Shown piece after piece: positions 42,163-55,156 of a stretch of 64,000 nucleotides of DNA. This DNA is from Promethearchaeota archaeon (GTDB taxonomy: Archaea; Asgardarchaeota; Lokiarchaeia; Sigyniarchaeales; SOKP01), in assembly GCA_016840085.1 (NCBI GenBank), contig JAEOTA010000085.1:32001-96000 (forward strand), written 5' to 3'. Position 1 is the first letter of the stretch. Every line of letters begins with the position of its first letter. Both the position numbers and the translations under genes were made by a program. The notes under the pieces are model-generated. The model worked only from the letters and a program-made list of their open reading frames with translations. It did no database searches and was not told where the DNA came from.

Positions 42163-42696
42163 TTATAATTTTAAATCCTTAGCTTTTTCCAATAAAATGG
42201 TATAGTACTTTTTTTCCATCCATAAACCCATCTCAATCATTTTATCAAGTAATTCATGGAATTCTTTATAATTTTTCAAGATTCTTTTTTCAAGAGCTTC
42301 TAAGAGAATTTCAGTGCTCCATTTCGTATTGATACTTTTTGATTCAGCAATTAACCTGGCTCTCTTATCGTTTACAAGTAATAAGTCAGCATTTAGCTCT
42401 AAACATAGAGCTATGGCATATGCCTCTCCGCGCCCTAATTATTTTGTAAGATTTAAAGCAATTTCATGAGATTTATCTGATTCCGGGTCTTTAACGATAA
42501 GCCATCCTTCTTCTTTAGCATTTAATTCATATTTTATATCTTGTGGGATTTCCTCATCTAGTTTAGAAAATGGATGTATTAATTCTTCCCAAACAGCATT
42601 ATGAATGAATACTGTCGAATATAATTCTTTTAATAGAAATAATTTCTCAATTTTAGCAAAAAATATTAAAGGAGAGGTATCAGAAATAACTATCAT
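42163..42696 (-). pseudogene. DUF3368/PIN (VapC-like) toxin with internal TAA at 42439-42441
   Basis: MIVISDTSPLI start; the frame resumes LGRGEAYAIAL...NDKRAR after the TAA. Confidence 0.85.
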
Positions 42697-42707
42697 ATAA
42701 ATCAGTT

Positions 42708-42944
42708 TTATATATGAACAGGTATTCTGGCTTTTGTACGAATCAATTCTAACTCTCGATATGAAATTCGTGCTATTTCAGAAGCTTTACCAAATGATAT
42801 ATCTCCTCGCATATATAATTCTAAAGCATCTTGAATAGCCTCTGGAAGTGATCTTATATATTCCCAATCTATAGGTTTAATTAAATCCTTTTGATTGAAC
42901 CAATATTGACTTAAATCACTGTTCTGTACCATATTATATCTCAT
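42708..42944 (-). CDS. UPF0175-like antitoxin
   Basis: ALELYMRGDISFGKASEIA; directly upstream of the PIN gene. Confidence 0.75.
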   Translation of the reverse strand: MRYNMVQNSDLSQYWFNQKDLIKPIDWEYIRSLPEAIQDALELYMRGDISFGKASEIARISYRELELIRTKARIPVHI

Positions 42945-43002
42945 TGATTCTTATTCAATAATTTAAAGGAAATATTCATATAAAATTTTATTGGCTTAAA
43001 TA

Positions 43003-43473
43003 TTAACTGTTATCTTCTATACTCTTATAATGTCTGAAGGGACCTAATTCTTTAATTTGGTTAGTAAATTCTGTGATTACTTCAGCAAATCTCTTTCCTT
43101 CAGATGCACTGACCCATTCTAAACGCACCCTTTTTGGATCTACTCCTAATTGTTTAATCAGAATATTATGTAATCTCTCGAATCGTTCCTGTGTATATTC
43201 ATTTCCAGTAATATAATGACAATCTCCAATATGACATCCACTTACTAGAACTCCATCAGCGCCATTTTTTAAAGCTTTTAGGACAAATGATGGATCTACT
43301 CTTCCAGAGCACATTACCCTAATGATTCGAATATTCGGAGGGTATTGAAACCGTGAGACTCCTGCTAAATCTGCTCCTGCATAACTGCACCAGTTACAAC
43401 AAAAAACTAAAATATGAGGTTCGAATTCTTCTTTTTTTACTTTTTTTCTTGATCGTGACATTTTCTTATTCAC
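43003..43473 (-). CDS. mvhD: MvhD/FlpD iron-sulfur subunit (Cys form)
   Basis: [35 protein letters not shown]. Confidence 0.95.
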   Translation of the reverse strand: MNKKMSRSRKKVKKEEFEPHILVFCCNWCSYAGADLAGVSRFQYPPNIRIIRVMCSGRVDPSFVLKALKNGADGVLVSGCHIGDCHYITGNEYTQERFERLHNILIKQLGVDPKRVRLEWVSASEGKRFAEVITEFTNQIKELGPFRHYKSIEDNS

Positions 43474-46400
43474 CTTTAGAATTAATAGTTGCTTTTTCTA
43501 ATAAATAGGAATCTATCATTGTATTGATCTGGTCAAAATCATAATGTTTTACTATTATTGCACCTACAGGGCAAGTTGCAGCACAAGTTCCACAACCTTT
43601 GCACACAGCTGCATTTATATTTGATTTCTTCACTATGATGCTTAGATCTTCAAATTCTTTAGTTATTTCCGTAAGCTGTATTGCTTTATAAGGACAAACC
43701 TCCTCACATTTACCACATCCTATACATTTTTCTTCTAAAACCTCAGCTACCAATCCAGATGTGGTAATTTTATCAGCACTTAAAAATCTACTTGCTCTGC
43801 CCGCTGCACCGTTAGCTTGTGAAATTGAATCTTGAATATTTTTCGGCCACTGAGCACAACCACATAAGAAAATCCCATCTGTAGCAAAATCTAAGGGTCT
43901 TAATTTAACATGAGCTTCTAAGAAGAAACCGTTTTTATCCAATGGAACTTTCAGCATCATTGCTAATTCTTTAAGATTGTCAGCTGGAATCATGGGTGTT
44001 GAAAGTATTACCAAATCTGTTTCAAATTCAATATTATCTTTCAAATTAGTATCAAATACTTTTATTTCAAACTTTTCTGAGCTTCTTTTTTTCTTTTTTA
44101 CTACTGGCAGATTATCTAGGTCATATCTTAGAAAAATTGCATCTTGTCTACGTTCACGATAAAATTCCTCAAAATATTTCTTAGCCATTTGCAAATCCCT
44201 ATAAATCACAACTATTTCTAACTCAGGCTTCTTTTCTTTTAAGATTCTAATGTTTTTAATTGAATTCGCGCAACATATATTAGAACAGTAAGTAATTCCT
44301 TCGTTTTGTCTAGCATTTACGCATAAAATCATTGTTATTCGATTTATATTTTCTAACCATGATTTATCCTTGCTTTTTAATTTCTGTTCTAACTCCAATT
44401 GGGTTATTACATTATTATTTTTATCGTTATAGCCAAAAAGACCATTAGGTTTATACTCTTGACCACCAGTAGCAACTATGATAGTTCCAATTTTTAACTC
44501 ATGGATTTCGTTATTTGAATCATTTAATATCACGTCATAATTTCCAACATACCCTTTAATACTCTTAATTTCAGCATTAAAGAAGGTTTGGATGTTATTG
44601 TTTTTTTCTATCTTTTCTTTTGTTTCATTTAATAAATCTAACGCATTTTTATGAACTGGATACAATACATTTAAAAATCTTAGGTTTCCCCCTAATTCAC
44701 TTTCTTTTTCAACAATAATAGTTTTAAATCCTTGATTAGCAGTATTTAATGCAGCAGTCATTCCCGAAATACCTCCACCAATAATTAATGCTGTGTGTGT
44801 AATATCTATTTTATCTTCCTTTTGTGGTTTTAATAATCTTGATTTAGCAACATGCATTCGAATTAAATCCATGGCTTTTTCTGTAGCTGCTTCTTTTTCT
44901 TTCATATGAACCCATGAACATTGATCTCGAATATTTACAAGTTCAAAGAGATATTTGTTTAAACCCGCTTCCTGACATGTTTCTTGAAATAAGGATTCAT
45001 GGGTTCTAGGAGTACAAGACGCAACAATAAACCTATTTAAATCATATTCATCAATTAATTCTTTAATCCTTATTTGGGAATCAGGTGAACAAGAGTATAG
45101 ATTATCTTCACACAACACTACATTTGGGAGGGTTTTTACGTATTCTACAACTTTAGGGACATCTACATAATTTCCTATATTAATTCCACAATGACAAACC
45201 ATTACACCTATTCTTGGTTCATCTGTAATTTTAACCTCTTTTTCTGGTATATCAAATATTTTCTCTTGTATTTTTGTGAATTTAACAGCATTTAGTAACT
45301 CGGCAATTTGCGCAGCCACCCCGCTGGCATCTGCAACTGTCTCAGGGATGTCCATTGGGCCTTGGCAGAATCCACATAAGTAAATTCCTTCTCTTGTTGA
45401 CTTTAATTTATTAAAATATGATTTTTCTTGGAAGAAATTGTATTTATCCAATTCAATACCTAACACTTCTCCTAACTCATTAACTCCTTTTGACGGAACT
45501 AGAGGTGAAGCTAAAACTACTAAATTTGCACGGAAATCCTTAAATTCACCTGTCTTTAAATCTTCATAATGTATGAGTAAATCATTTGTTGCAGGATTTT
45601 CTTCGATGGTACTGATCTTAGATTGGAAATATTGTACTCCATATTCTTCTTGTGCTCTTTGTGTGAATTCGTAAAAATTTTTACCATATGCGCGAATATC
45701 ATGTCGAAATATATAACATTTAGAATTTTCAGAATGCTCTTGAGTAATAATTGCTTGTTTTGCAGTGTATGTGCAACAAACACTAGAACAATAAGGTACA
45801 TTTTCATGAAGATCTCTAGAACCCGCACATTGAACGAAAGCGATTACCTCAGGTTCTTCTTCATCGCTTAACCGCATAACATGCCCGCTAAATGGTCCAG
45901 ATGCGCATAATATTCTTTCATATTCAAGAGCACTTACTACATTTTCGTATCGATAACCCCATCTTGAAGATAATTTTTCAGCAGGCATCTGAAAACCTGT
46001 AGCAACTACCACAGCTCCAACTTTAATCTCAAATTCTTGTGACTTCTGCTCAAAATCTATTGCATCAGCAGAGCAAGCTTTTTTACATACTTGACATACG
46101 CCCTTCGTTAAATATAAACACATTTCTGGATCAATTAAATAAATAGGGGGTACTGCTTGAGGAAAAGGAATATATATGGATTTTCTTGTACCAATATTCA
46201 TTTCAAAAGGATTTGGAGCCATTATTTTTGGGCACTTGTTTGAACATTCTCCACATCCCTTACACTTTGTTTCATCAACATATCGAGGTTTCTTTAGAAT
46301 TTTGGCAGTAAAATTACCAGGTTCTCCATCAATTTTAAGAACTTCATGATATGTCATTAATTCAATATTAGGATTACGAAAGACTTCAACCATTTTAGGG

Positions 46401-46576
46401 GCGAGGATGCATAATGAACAATCTAATGTTGGAAAAGTTTTATCCAATTGAGCCATTCTTCCCCCAATTGAAGGTGACTTTTCTACTAAATAAACTTTAA
46501 ATCCTAATTCCGTTAGATCAAGTGAAATTTGAATTCCAGCTATACCTCCTCCAATTACTAAAACTGAACCTTCCAT
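43466..46576 (-). CDS. hdrA: Large heterodisulfide reductase subunit A-like flavoprotein (1036 aa)
   Basis: [33 protein letters not shown], two Rossmann regions and ferredoxin motifs. Confidence 0.93.
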   Translation of the reverse strand: MEGSVLVIGGGIAGIQISLDLTELGFKVYLVEKSPSIGGRMAQLDKTFPTLDCSLCILAPKMVEVFRNPNIELMTYHEVLKIDGEPGNFTAKILKKPRYVDETKCKGCGECSNKCPKIMAPNPFEMNIGTRKSIYIPFPQAVPPIYLIDPEMCLYLTKGVCQVCKKACSADAIDFEQKSQEFEIKVGAVVVATGFQMPAEKLSSRWGYRYENVVSALEYERILCASGPFSGHVMRLSDEEEPEVIAFVQCAGSRDLHENVPYCSSVCCTYTAKQAIITQEHSENSKCYIFRHDIRAYGKNFYEFTQRAQEEYGVQYFQSKISTIEENPATNDLLIHYEDLKTGEFKDFRANLVVLASPLVPSKGVNELGEVLGIELDKYNFFQEKSYFNKLKSTREGIYLCGFCQGPMDIPETVADASGVAAQIAELLNAVKFTKIQEKIFDIPEKEVKITDEPRIGVMVCHCGINIGNYVDVPKVVEYVKTLPNVVLCEDNLYSCSPDSQIRIKELIDEYDLNRFIVASCTPRTHESLFQETCQEAGLNKYLFELVNIRDQCSWVHMKEKEAATEKAMDLIRMHVAKSRLLKPQKEDKIDITHTALIIGGGISGMTAALNTANQGFKTIIVEKESELGGNLRFLNVLYPVHKNALDLLNETKEKIEKNNNIQTFFNAEIKSIKGYVGNYDVILNDSNNEIHELKIGTIIVATGGQEYKPNGLFGYNDKNNNVITQLELEQKLKSKDKSWLENINRITMILCVNARQNEGITYCSNICCANSIKNIRILKEKKPELEIVVIYRDLQMAKKYFEEFYRERRQDAIFLRYDLDNLPVVKKKKRSSEKFEIKVFDTNLKDNIEFETDLVILSTPMIPADNLKELAMMLKVPLDKNGFFLEAHVKLRPLDFATDGIFLCGCAQWPKNIQDSISQANGAAGRASRFLSADKITTSGLVAEVLEEKCIGCGKCEEVCPYKAIQLTEITKEFEDLSIIVKKSNINAAVCKGCGTCAATCPVGAIIVKHYDFDQINTMIDSYLLEKATINSKGE

Positions 46577-47874
46577 TATTTTACCTCCTCCACTTTTTCA
46601 CTTGATTCCACAATATTAATCAAATCCACTAAAAATTCAGAAAAATCTACTATTTCAATTGAAGAGATATCTTCATAATCTTCTTGTAAACATGATAAGT
46701 GCATTTTACACTTTGGACATGAGGTCACCATTATTTCTCCAGCTTCTTTTGCTTCCAATAGTTTCTTGTAGCGTAACGCTTTTGAGCGATCATTACAATT
46801 CATCCAAGAACTCACACCACAGCATAAAGAATCTGTTTTATTATGTACCATTTCTTTAAATTCATAACCCAATTCTTTTAAATAAGAGAAAATTTCACGT
46901 ACATTTTCTATAATATCACTTTCTTTTGGTAAAAATCTGCTTAGACGACAAGGATCATGATAAGTGAATTGAATAGATTCCTTTTTATCACTTGGATTTT
47001 TAAATTCTATCTTATTTGCTTTCCAATTTTCGTAAATATATTCTATTAAATGTTTAACTTCAAATTTTTTGTTAAAATCTTCAAATAGCTTTTGATACTC
47101 CACTTTAAATGTTCGATAGCATTCAGCACATGCAGTTATTATCGTTGAAATCCCTGCTTTTTCAAACTTATCCAAATTCTTTTTTGCTAAATTGATGAAA
47201 GCATTAAGCTTCCCTTGACCCCAATAGAGATCATGACCACAGCAAATTTCGTCTTTAAGGACTACAATTGGTTCTTTTTCTATCTGGCAAATGATTTTTA
47301 AGGTGCTTTCTGCTATCGAATCTGAATTTTTAAATTCAAAATTAAAAAAGGGTAAACATCCAACATAATACATAATAGTTCCGTGTTCTGAAATCTTACA
47401 TCCTTTGGGTACCCAATCAAGAGATCTATTTGGCTCTATATCGGATTCACTCATTATTTCTGAAACTATAGTATATATACCTTTATGAGCAACATATTCA
47501 TCCGGATTTTGATTATAAGATGTCCGCATTTTATATTTTGCCATTCTTACAATATCTGCGAAATTTATTCCCTCAGGACAATTTTGAAGACAGGTATTAC
47601 AAGTTAAACAATCCCATAAAACACCACTCTTGATTATTTTGTCTTCAAAACCTTCTAATATCATTTGAATAATTCTACTAGGTTCAAAAGTTTGAACCTT
47701 ACTGAGTTGACATACCCCACTACAGCGAACACATTGATAACATCGATATAATAATTTTCTTATATCTGGTTCATAAATTTTTTCAAGATAAGAATTAATA
47801 TCATCGCTGAGTTCTTCTGAATCATCCGCTTTTTTAGTCTCAGTAATAATCTTCACTTTTTTTTGGTAATTCAA
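46576..47874 (-). CDS. HdrD/GlpC-like Fe-S oxidoreductase (2x 4Fe-4S motifs + 2 CCG domains)
   Basis: CYQCVRCSGVC, CLTCNTC, EICCG, YHDPC, LCCG, TSCPKC. Confidence 0.88.
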   Translation of the reverse strand: MNYQKKVKIITETKKADDSEELSDDINSYLEKIYEPDIRKLLYRCYQCVRCSGVCQLSKVQTFEPSRIIQMILEGFEDKIIKSGVLWDCLTCNTCLQNCPEGINFADIVRMAKYKMRTSYNQNPDEYVAHKGIYTIVSEIMSESDIEPNRSLDWVPKGCKISEHGTIMYYVGCLPFFNFEFKNSDSIAESTLKIICQIEKEPIVVLKDEICCGHDLYWGQGKLNAFINLAKKNLDKFEKAGISTIITACAECYRTFKVEYQKLFEDFNKKFEVKHLIEYIYENWKANKIEFKNPSDKKESIQFTYHDPCRLSRFLPKESDIIENVREIFSYLKELGYEFKEMVHNKTDSLCCGVSSWMNCNDRSKALRYKKLLEAKEAGEIMVTSCPKCKMHLSCLQEDYEDISSIEIVDFSEFLVDLINIVESSEKVEEVK

Positions 47875-48007
47875 ATTTTAATAATTTGAACCAATGATGA
47901 TAAGAAAAAAAAAGGAAATAATTTATTTTTTCTGATTAGATTTCATAACTCTATTATCAAATGAGAAAATATAGATATGATAAAGTTATATTCTATTAAG
48001 TTTCAGG

Positions 48008-51000
48008 TTACATTGCTAATGTCCTAATCATAGCATTGATTTGTTCAAAATCGTAATGTTTAATAGAAATTGCCCCAACTGGACAATTCACTGCACAAGT
48101 TCCACATCCTTTGCATAAACCTGAATTTACAGAAATTTTTTTTATTGGTAGACTTACCTCTTCAAATTCTTTTAGGACGTTTGTAATTTCTATTGCGTTA
48201 TAGGAACATGCTTCCTCGCATGTTCCACATCCGATACACACATCTGGATCTACTTCCGCTATTAATCCAGATGTAGTAATTTCCTCTGCGATTAAAAACC
48301 TACATGCTCTTCCTGCTGCACCATTTGCTTGTGATATTGAACCTTGTATATTTTTTGGCCAATGAGCACATCCACACAAGAAGATACCATCAGTAGCAAA
48401 ATCTAATGGTCTTAATTTAACGTGAGCCTCGAGAAAAAAACCATTTTTGTCTAGAGGAACCTTGAGCATCTTTGCTAGCTCATCTGAATTGTCAGCTGGA
48501 ATCATAGGTGTCGATAATACTATTAAATCTGTTTCAAATTTGATATTATCTTGTAGATTGGTATCAAAAACTTTAATTTCGAACTTACTTGTTCCACTAT
48601 TGCTCTCTTTAATTGTAGGGGGAGCATCTAAATCATACCTCAAAAAAATAGCATCTTTTCTTCGTTCACGATAATAACTTTCGAATTCTTTCTTTGCCAT
48701 CTGAAGATCTCTATAGAGAACTATTAATTTGAGGTCGTGCTTTAATTCTTTTAGGATGTTAATATTCTTTATAGCACTTTCACAACATATATTTGAACAA
48801 TATGTTATCCCTTTCTTTTGTCTAGCGTTCACACATAATAGGGTAGTAATATGATTAAGTTTATCTAACCATGATTTATCTTCATCCTTTAATTTCTGTT
48901 CTAGTTGTAATTGTGTAATTACGTTGTGGTTCGTATATCTATATTCAAAAAATTCATTAGGTTTTAATTCTTGTCCTCCAGTGGCAACAATAATAGTACC
49001 AATTTTTAACTCATGAATCTTATTATCTGAATCAATAAGTGAAACATTATAATTACCAAGATATCCATTAATATCGTTTAAATTAGAGTTTAAAAAGAGT
49101 TGAATGTTCTTATTTTGTTCAACCTTTACTCTGGTTTCGTTTAATAAGACTGAAGCATCCTCTTGAGTAGGATATAGCATATTTAAGAATCTTAAATTTC
49201 CACCTAAATATTTCTCTTTTTCTATAAGATAAACAATAAATCCTTGATTAGCGATATTTAATGCAGCAGTCATTCCGGATATTCCTCCACCAATCACCAA
49301 TGCAGTTTGAGTAATTTTTAATTTCTTTTCTTCTTGTGATTTTAATAATCTAGATTTAGCAACTCCCATTCTTATTAAATCAATTGCTTTTTCCGTAGCT
49401 AGCTCCTTTTCTTTCATATGTACCCATGAACATTGATCACGGATATTCACCATTTCAAACAAGTATTTATTTAATCCCGCTTCTTGACATGTCTCTTGGA
49501 ATAGAGATTCGTGTGTTCTTGGCGTACAAGAAGCTACAATAAATCTATTTAAATTATATTCACCTATTACTTCTTTAATTCGTTCTTGAGAATCTGAACT
49601 ACAAGAATATAAGTTATCTTCACAAAAAACTACATTAGGCAACTTTTTTATGTGTTCTATAACTTGAGGAATATCAATATATTTTCCAATATTAATACCG
49701 CAATGACAGATAAGGACCCCAATTCTTGGTATATCCGTTTCTTTAACTAATTTTTCTGGTATCTTAATAATTTTTTCTTTTGTTTCAGTAAATTTAAAGG
49801 AATTAAGTAAAGTTGCCACTTGTGAAGCTACCCCACTAGCATCAGCCACTGTTTCTGGTATATCCATTGGACCTTGACAAAAACCAGCTAAAAAAATACC
49901 TTCTTTAGAGGATAAAGATTTAGTAAAATATGATTTCTCTTTAAAGAAATTATAATCATCCAATTCGATATCTAAAACTTTAGCTAATTCTTTAGTTCCA
50001 GCTGAAGGGACTAGAGGTGTAGCTAATACCACTAGATTTGTGTTAAAGTCCTTAAATTCACCAGTTTTTAAATCTTCATAATGAATTACTAAATCATTCG
50101 TTTCTGGATCTTCTATTATTCTACTAATTTTAGTCTGGAAATATTTTACTCCATATTCTTCTTGAGCTCTTTGGGTAAACTCATAAAAATTTTTGCCATA
50201 AGCTCTAACATCATGCCTAAATACAAAACACTTTGAGTTTTCAGAATGTTCTTTCGTAATGATGGCTTCTTTGGCAGTATACATGCAACACACACTAGAA
50301 CAATAGGGAATTCCCTCGCGTAAATCCCTTGAGCCCGCACATTGAATAAATGCAATTGTTTCCGGCTCATTCTCATCGCTAGGACGTAAAATATGTCCCC
50401 CAAAGGGACCAGAAGCCGATAACATTCGTTCATATTCTAAAGCACTTACCACATTTTTATAATTATAACCCCATCTTGAGGTTAACTCTTCTCCTAACAC
50501 ATCATATCCAGTTGCAACAACGATAGCACCAACGTTTAATTTGATTTCTTGAGGTTTTTGTTCATAATCTATTGCTTCTGCCTTACATTCTTTCTCACAA
50601 ACCCCACATACTCCTTTAGTGAGTTTTAAGCACAATTCAGGGTCAATTAAATATACAGGAGGAACTGCTTGAGGAAAAGGAATGTAAACAGACTTTCTTT
50701 TACCTAAATTCATATCAAAGATGTTAGGAGATTCAATCTTAGGACATATAACAGCACAGTCACCACATCCTTTACATTTAGTCTCATCAATATAACGAGG
50801 TTTCTTTAGGACTGAAACTACAAAATTTCCTGGCTTTCCTGAAACTTTTTGGACTTTATGATAAGTCATTAATTCAATATTAGGATTTCTAAATACTTCC
50901 ACCATTTTAGGGGCAAGAATACATAAACTACAATCGTTTGTAGGAAAGGTTTTATCAAGTTGAGCCATTCTTCCTCCAATTGAAGGTGTTTTTTCTACTA

Positions 51001-51088
51001 AATAAACTTTAAAGCCTAATTCAGTTAAATCTAAAGAACTTTGTATCCCTGCTATTCCACCACCAATAACTAACACTGATCCCTCCAT
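48008..51088 (-). CDS. hdrA: Large HdrA-like flavoprotein (1026 aa), close paralogue of 43466-46576
   Basis: Same motifs and domain order as 43466-46576. Confidence 0.93.
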   Translation of the reverse strand: MEGSVLVIGGGIAGIQSSLDLTELGFKVYLVEKTPSIGGRMAQLDKTFPTNDCSLCILAPKMVEVFRNPNIELMTYHKVQKVSGKPGNFVVSVLKKPRYIDETKCKGCGDCAVICPKIESPNIFDMNLGKRKSVYIPFPQAVPPVYLIDPELCLKLTKGVCGVCEKECKAEAIDYEQKPQEIKLNVGAIVVATGYDVLGEELTSRWGYNYKNVVSALEYERMLSASGPFGGHILRPSDENEPETIAFIQCAGSRDLREGIPYCSSVCCMYTAKEAIITKEHSENSKCFVFRHDVRAYGKNFYEFTQRAQEEYGVKYFQTKISRIIEDPETNDLVIHYEDLKTGEFKDFNTNLVVLATPLVPSAGTKELAKVLDIELDDYNFFKEKSYFTKSLSSKEGIFLAGFCQGPMDIPETVADASGVASQVATLLNSFKFTETKEKIIKIPEKLVKETDIPRIGVLICHCGINIGKYIDIPQVIEHIKKLPNVVFCEDNLYSCSSDSQERIKEVIGEYNLNRFIVASCTPRTHESLFQETCQEAGLNKYLFEMVNIRDQCSWVHMKEKELATEKAIDLIRMGVAKSRLLKSQEEKKLKITQTALVIGGGISGMTAALNIANQGFIVYLIEKEKYLGGNLRFLNMLYPTQEDASVLLNETRVKVEQNKNIQLFLNSNLNDINGYLGNYNVSLIDSDNKIHELKIGTIIVATGGQELKPNEFFEYRYTNHNVITQLQLEQKLKDEDKSWLDKLNHITTLLCVNARQKKGITYCSNICCESAIKNINILKELKHDLKLIVLYRDLQMAKKEFESYYRERRKDAIFLRYDLDAPPTIKESNSGTSKFEIKVFDTNLQDNIKFETDLIVLSTPMIPADNSDELAKMLKVPLDKNGFFLEAHVKLRPLDFATDGIFLCGCAHWPKNIQGSISQANGAAGRACRFLIAEEITTSGLIAEVDPDVCIGCGTCEEACSYNAIEITNVLKEFEEVSLPIKKISVNSGLCKGCGTCAVNCPVGAISIKHYDFEQINAMIRTLAM

Positions 51089-51654
51089 TATTTAACACTT
51101 CTTAATTTTTTTGATAAAAATTTGTATTCGCATCTTTTTTTCCGTTGAATAAATAATAAAGAAATGTAATTATATAAATATTTTTATGAGATATGATCGA
51201 GATCCAACATGTTTCACTTTGTGCATGATCAGTGCCAAACATCTATCACCTTTATTTTTTCCTAATCAGTCATAATTTCCATCTTTCCTTAGTCTTTCTG
51301 AATATTTTGTTCGTTTTTGTTAGAAGATTATGGAGATGAGATCCAGATTGAAAACTTTTTCTGTAAGAATGATGGATTTGAGTAGAACTACTTTTATTAA
51401 TTGTCCATTATCTACATTATGTTAATTGATGATAATAATAAATGGTATAATGATCCATTTCTAGCATATTTCTCGTTAGAATTAGCAAGATCGATCAAGA
51501 ATCATTAATATAATGCAAAAAATGGAAAAAGTATTGATATTTCAGAGGATAATTTGAATTTATAATTTTAATAAATCTTTAGAAAAATAATAAAAAGTGA
51601 ATAAATTTTCTAATAAAATCTAAAGTTATTGTTTTATTCTATAAAAAGCAGTTT

Positions 51655-52086
51655 TTAAATTGGTCTCAAGGGACCAAGTTCTTTAATTTGGTTTGTAAAT
51701 TCTGTTATAACTTCAGCAAATCTCTTCCCTTCAGAGGCACTTACCCATTCAAGTCTAAACCTTTTTTCAAGATTGAATATTCTTAGAATTTCTCGAAAAT
51801 TTACAAATCTATCTCTTGCAAACTCATTTCCTTTCAAGTAATGACAGTCACCAATATGACATCCAGTTACAATGACTCCATCAATGCCATCTTTAAATGC
51901 CTCTAAAATAAAAGCTGGGTCTACTCTACCAGAACACATTACACGTACTATTCTAATAGTGGAGGGATATTGAAATCGTGAAACTCCAGCTAAATCTGCT
52001 CCGGCATAACTACACCAGTTACAACAGAAACACAAAATATTTGGATGAAATTCCTTATTTTTTACTTTCTTTTCTTTACTTATCAA
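51655..52086 (-). CDS. mvhD: MvhD/FlpD iron-sulfur subunit (Cys form)
   Basis: [21 protein letters not shown]. Confidence 0.95.
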   Translation of the reverse strand: MISKEKKVKNKEFHPNILCFCCNWCSYAGADLAGVSRFQYPSTIRIVRVMCSGRVDPAFILEAFKDGIDGVIVTGCHIGDCHYLKGNEFARDRFVNFREILRIFNLEKRFRLEWVSASEGKRFAEVITEFTNQIKELGPLRPI

Positions 52087-52114
52087 TGATAATCATTTTT
52101 TTTTTAATTATATT

Positions 52115-55100
52115 TTAACCTTGAATTAAAAGTGCAGAAATCATAGCGTTGATTTGCTCAAAACCAAAATGCTTAATTAAAATTGTTGAATTAGGGCATT
52201 GTGCACTGCATGTGCCACAACCTTTACAAAGCGCAGGATTTACATGAGATTTTTTAATAGTAAATGTGATATCTTCAAACACTCGTTCTTCCTCTATTAA
52301 TTCGATAGCATTAAATTGGCAGACTTCCATACAGCTTCCACAGCCAATGCAATTTTCTTCTATTACAACAGCCACAAGCCCAGATGTTACAAGTTTTTCT
52401 GTGCTTAAAATTTTAACTGCTTGAGCAGCAGCTCCATTGGATTGTGCAATTGATTCTCGAAGATCTTTTGGTGAATGTGCACACCCACATAAATATATAC
52501 CATCTGTAGCAAAATCAATTGGTCTCAACTTAACATGAGCTTCCAAAAAGAATTTATCCTCATTAAGTGGAACTTTTAACATTTTTGCTAACTCTTCATT
52601 TTCTTTTATGGGTGCCACAAGCCCCGTACTTAGCACAAGTAAATCAGGATTTATTTCAAGGTCACCTAAATCTGGATTGTTTACTGTAATTGTTAACTTT
52701 TTATTTTTAATATTTAATTCTGGAGGCTTAGATTCATCGAATCTAAGAAATATAACTTTATTATCTCGTGCTAAGTTATAGTATTTTTCTTTAAAACCAT
52801 ATGTTCGAATATCACGATATAAAATTACTATTTCTATATTAGGGTTGATTTCTTTTGCTTTTAACGCATTTTTAATAGCTTCTGAACAACAGATTCTGCT
52901 ACAATAAGGGTGATCTTCATTTCTAGATCCAACGCATTGAATCATTACTATTGAATTCAATCCCTTTATTTTATCCGTAGTAAAAAGATCTTTTTCAAAT
53001 TCAGTTTGGGATATAATTCTTTGATCTTGCCCGAAATTATATTCTTTTGGTTGATATTCTTTTGCACCAGTGGCTACAATGATTATCCCATGTTCCAGAT
53101 CAACACTTTTGCTATTATTTCCGTAACTTACATTTGTGGAAAAATTCCCTATATATCCTGATATTGTATTGATTTGAGCATTTTTAAATATGTGGATTAG
53201 TTGATTATCTTTAACTTTTTTAATTAAGTTTTCAATATATTCCTGAATATCATCATTTTCGAGGGTTCGATAAATATTTTTAGCAAGCCCTCCTAGAGAA
53301 CCTTCCTTTTCAATTAAGAAAACTTCATAACCTTGAGAAGCTAGATTTAATGCTGCTGACATTCCAGATACACCCCCACCTATAATTAGACCTTTATTTA
53401 TTACGGTGATTTCTTGTTCTTGTAACGGGATTAATTGGCTAGCCTTCGCTACTGACATCCTCAATAAGTCTTTTGATTTTGCTGTTGCTTTTTCAGGTTC
53501 ATGCATATGAACCCATGAACATTGATCGCGGATATTCACCATTTCAAAAAGATATTTATTCAAACCGGCCTCTCTTATTGTCGCTTGAAATAAGGATTCA
53601 TGGGTTCTTGGAGTACATGAGGCAACTATAACTCTATTAAGTTGGTTTTCTTCGATTTTTTCTTTAATATTAGTCTGAGTATCTGCTGAACAAGTATATA
53701 AATTATGCTCTGCATAGACTACATCAGGTAAAGTTTTAACATATTCAACTACATTAGGAACATCAACAACCCCACCAATATTTATCCCGCAATGACAAAT
53801 AAATATTCCAATTCGCGGCGGTTGATCGCTTACATCCAATTCTTCGGGAAGTTCTTTCTTAGAGACTAATTTATTTCTTGCTTCTGATAGAAGAACATTT
53901 ACATATCCAGCAGCAGCACTAGCTTCTATAACTGTTTCTGGAATATCTTTAGGTGTTGCGAAAGCCCCACAAACATAAATCCCAGGTCTTGAAGTTTCTA
54001 CTGGGTTAAAAGTTCCAGTTTTACAAAACCCATATTCATTTAACTGGATATTTAATTTCTGTGCTAATTCTTTTGCTTATTGATTAGGTTGCATTCCTAC
54101 ATAAAGGACGACTAGATTAAAAATTTCTACAATAATTTTTCCATTTCCCGTTTCATAATAAACCTTTAAATCTTTAGAGTCCGGAATTTCTTTAATAGAA
54201 GATATTCTACGTCTGATATATCTTACTCCATACTCATCCTTCGCTCGTTCAATATATTTATCAAAATCTTTACCATATGCCCTGATATCCATTGTAAAAA
54301 TAGTTGGTTCTATAATATTCATATGCTCTTTTGCTATTACAGCTTCCTTTGTAGTATACATACAACACACAGAAGAGCAGTAATCAATTCTATGCTTTCT
54401 ATCCCTTGAACCTATACAATGTAAAAAGGCTATTTTTTTAGGGATAATTCCATCAGAAGGGCGAATTATTAAACCTGAGTGTGGTCCACTAGCACTGAGT
54501 ATACGTTCAAATTCAATACTAGTAATTACATTTAAATGCTTTCCGTAACCAAATTCCGTTAAAGGAGTAGGATCATATTCATCAAATCCAATTGCTAATA
54601 CTACAGCTCCTACATCTAGACTAATTAATTTATCTTGAAGTTCATAATCGATAGCTTTTGCTTTACATATCCCTTTACAAATACCACAACCTATACATTT
54701 TTCTTTATTAATTGAGAACACTAATGGAACGGCCTGAGGAAATTTTACAGAAATTGCTGCATTGATAGAAAGTCTTTCATTAAAGAAATCTATAGCCTCT
54801 ATAGGACATTGTTGAGCACATAAACCGCACCCTGTACATTTAATCTGATCCAAACGAAGTGTTCTTTGAGTTAAATCAACTTTAAAATTACCTGGAACAC
54901 CTTCGATTTTTTCTATTGATGAATTAATTAAAATATCGATATTTTCATGTCGACCAGTTTGTACCAATTTCGGGGCAAGAATACATATTGCACAGTCATT
55001 AGTTGGAAATGTCTTATCTAATTGAGACATAACGCCTCCAATACTGGTTGTAGATTCTGCAAGATATACTTTATAGCCTGAATCTGCTAAATCTATAGAA

Positions 55101-55156
55101 GTTTGAATACCTGCAATTCCGCCACCAATAACTAAGACAGCTCCGACTTTCTCCAT
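52115..55156 (-). pseudogene. hdrA: Large HdrA-like gene (1014 codons) split by a single in-frame TAA at 54077-54079
   Basis: The track ORFs 54077-55156 and 52115-53839 share a frame, and the gap encodes conserved HdrA sequence (TSRPGIYVCG...PKDIPETV). Confidence 0.85.

Noticed and set aside
51100-51650. Coding-like debris between mvhD and hdrA
   Set aside because: Multiple stops in the frames read and no recognisable family; no call supported.
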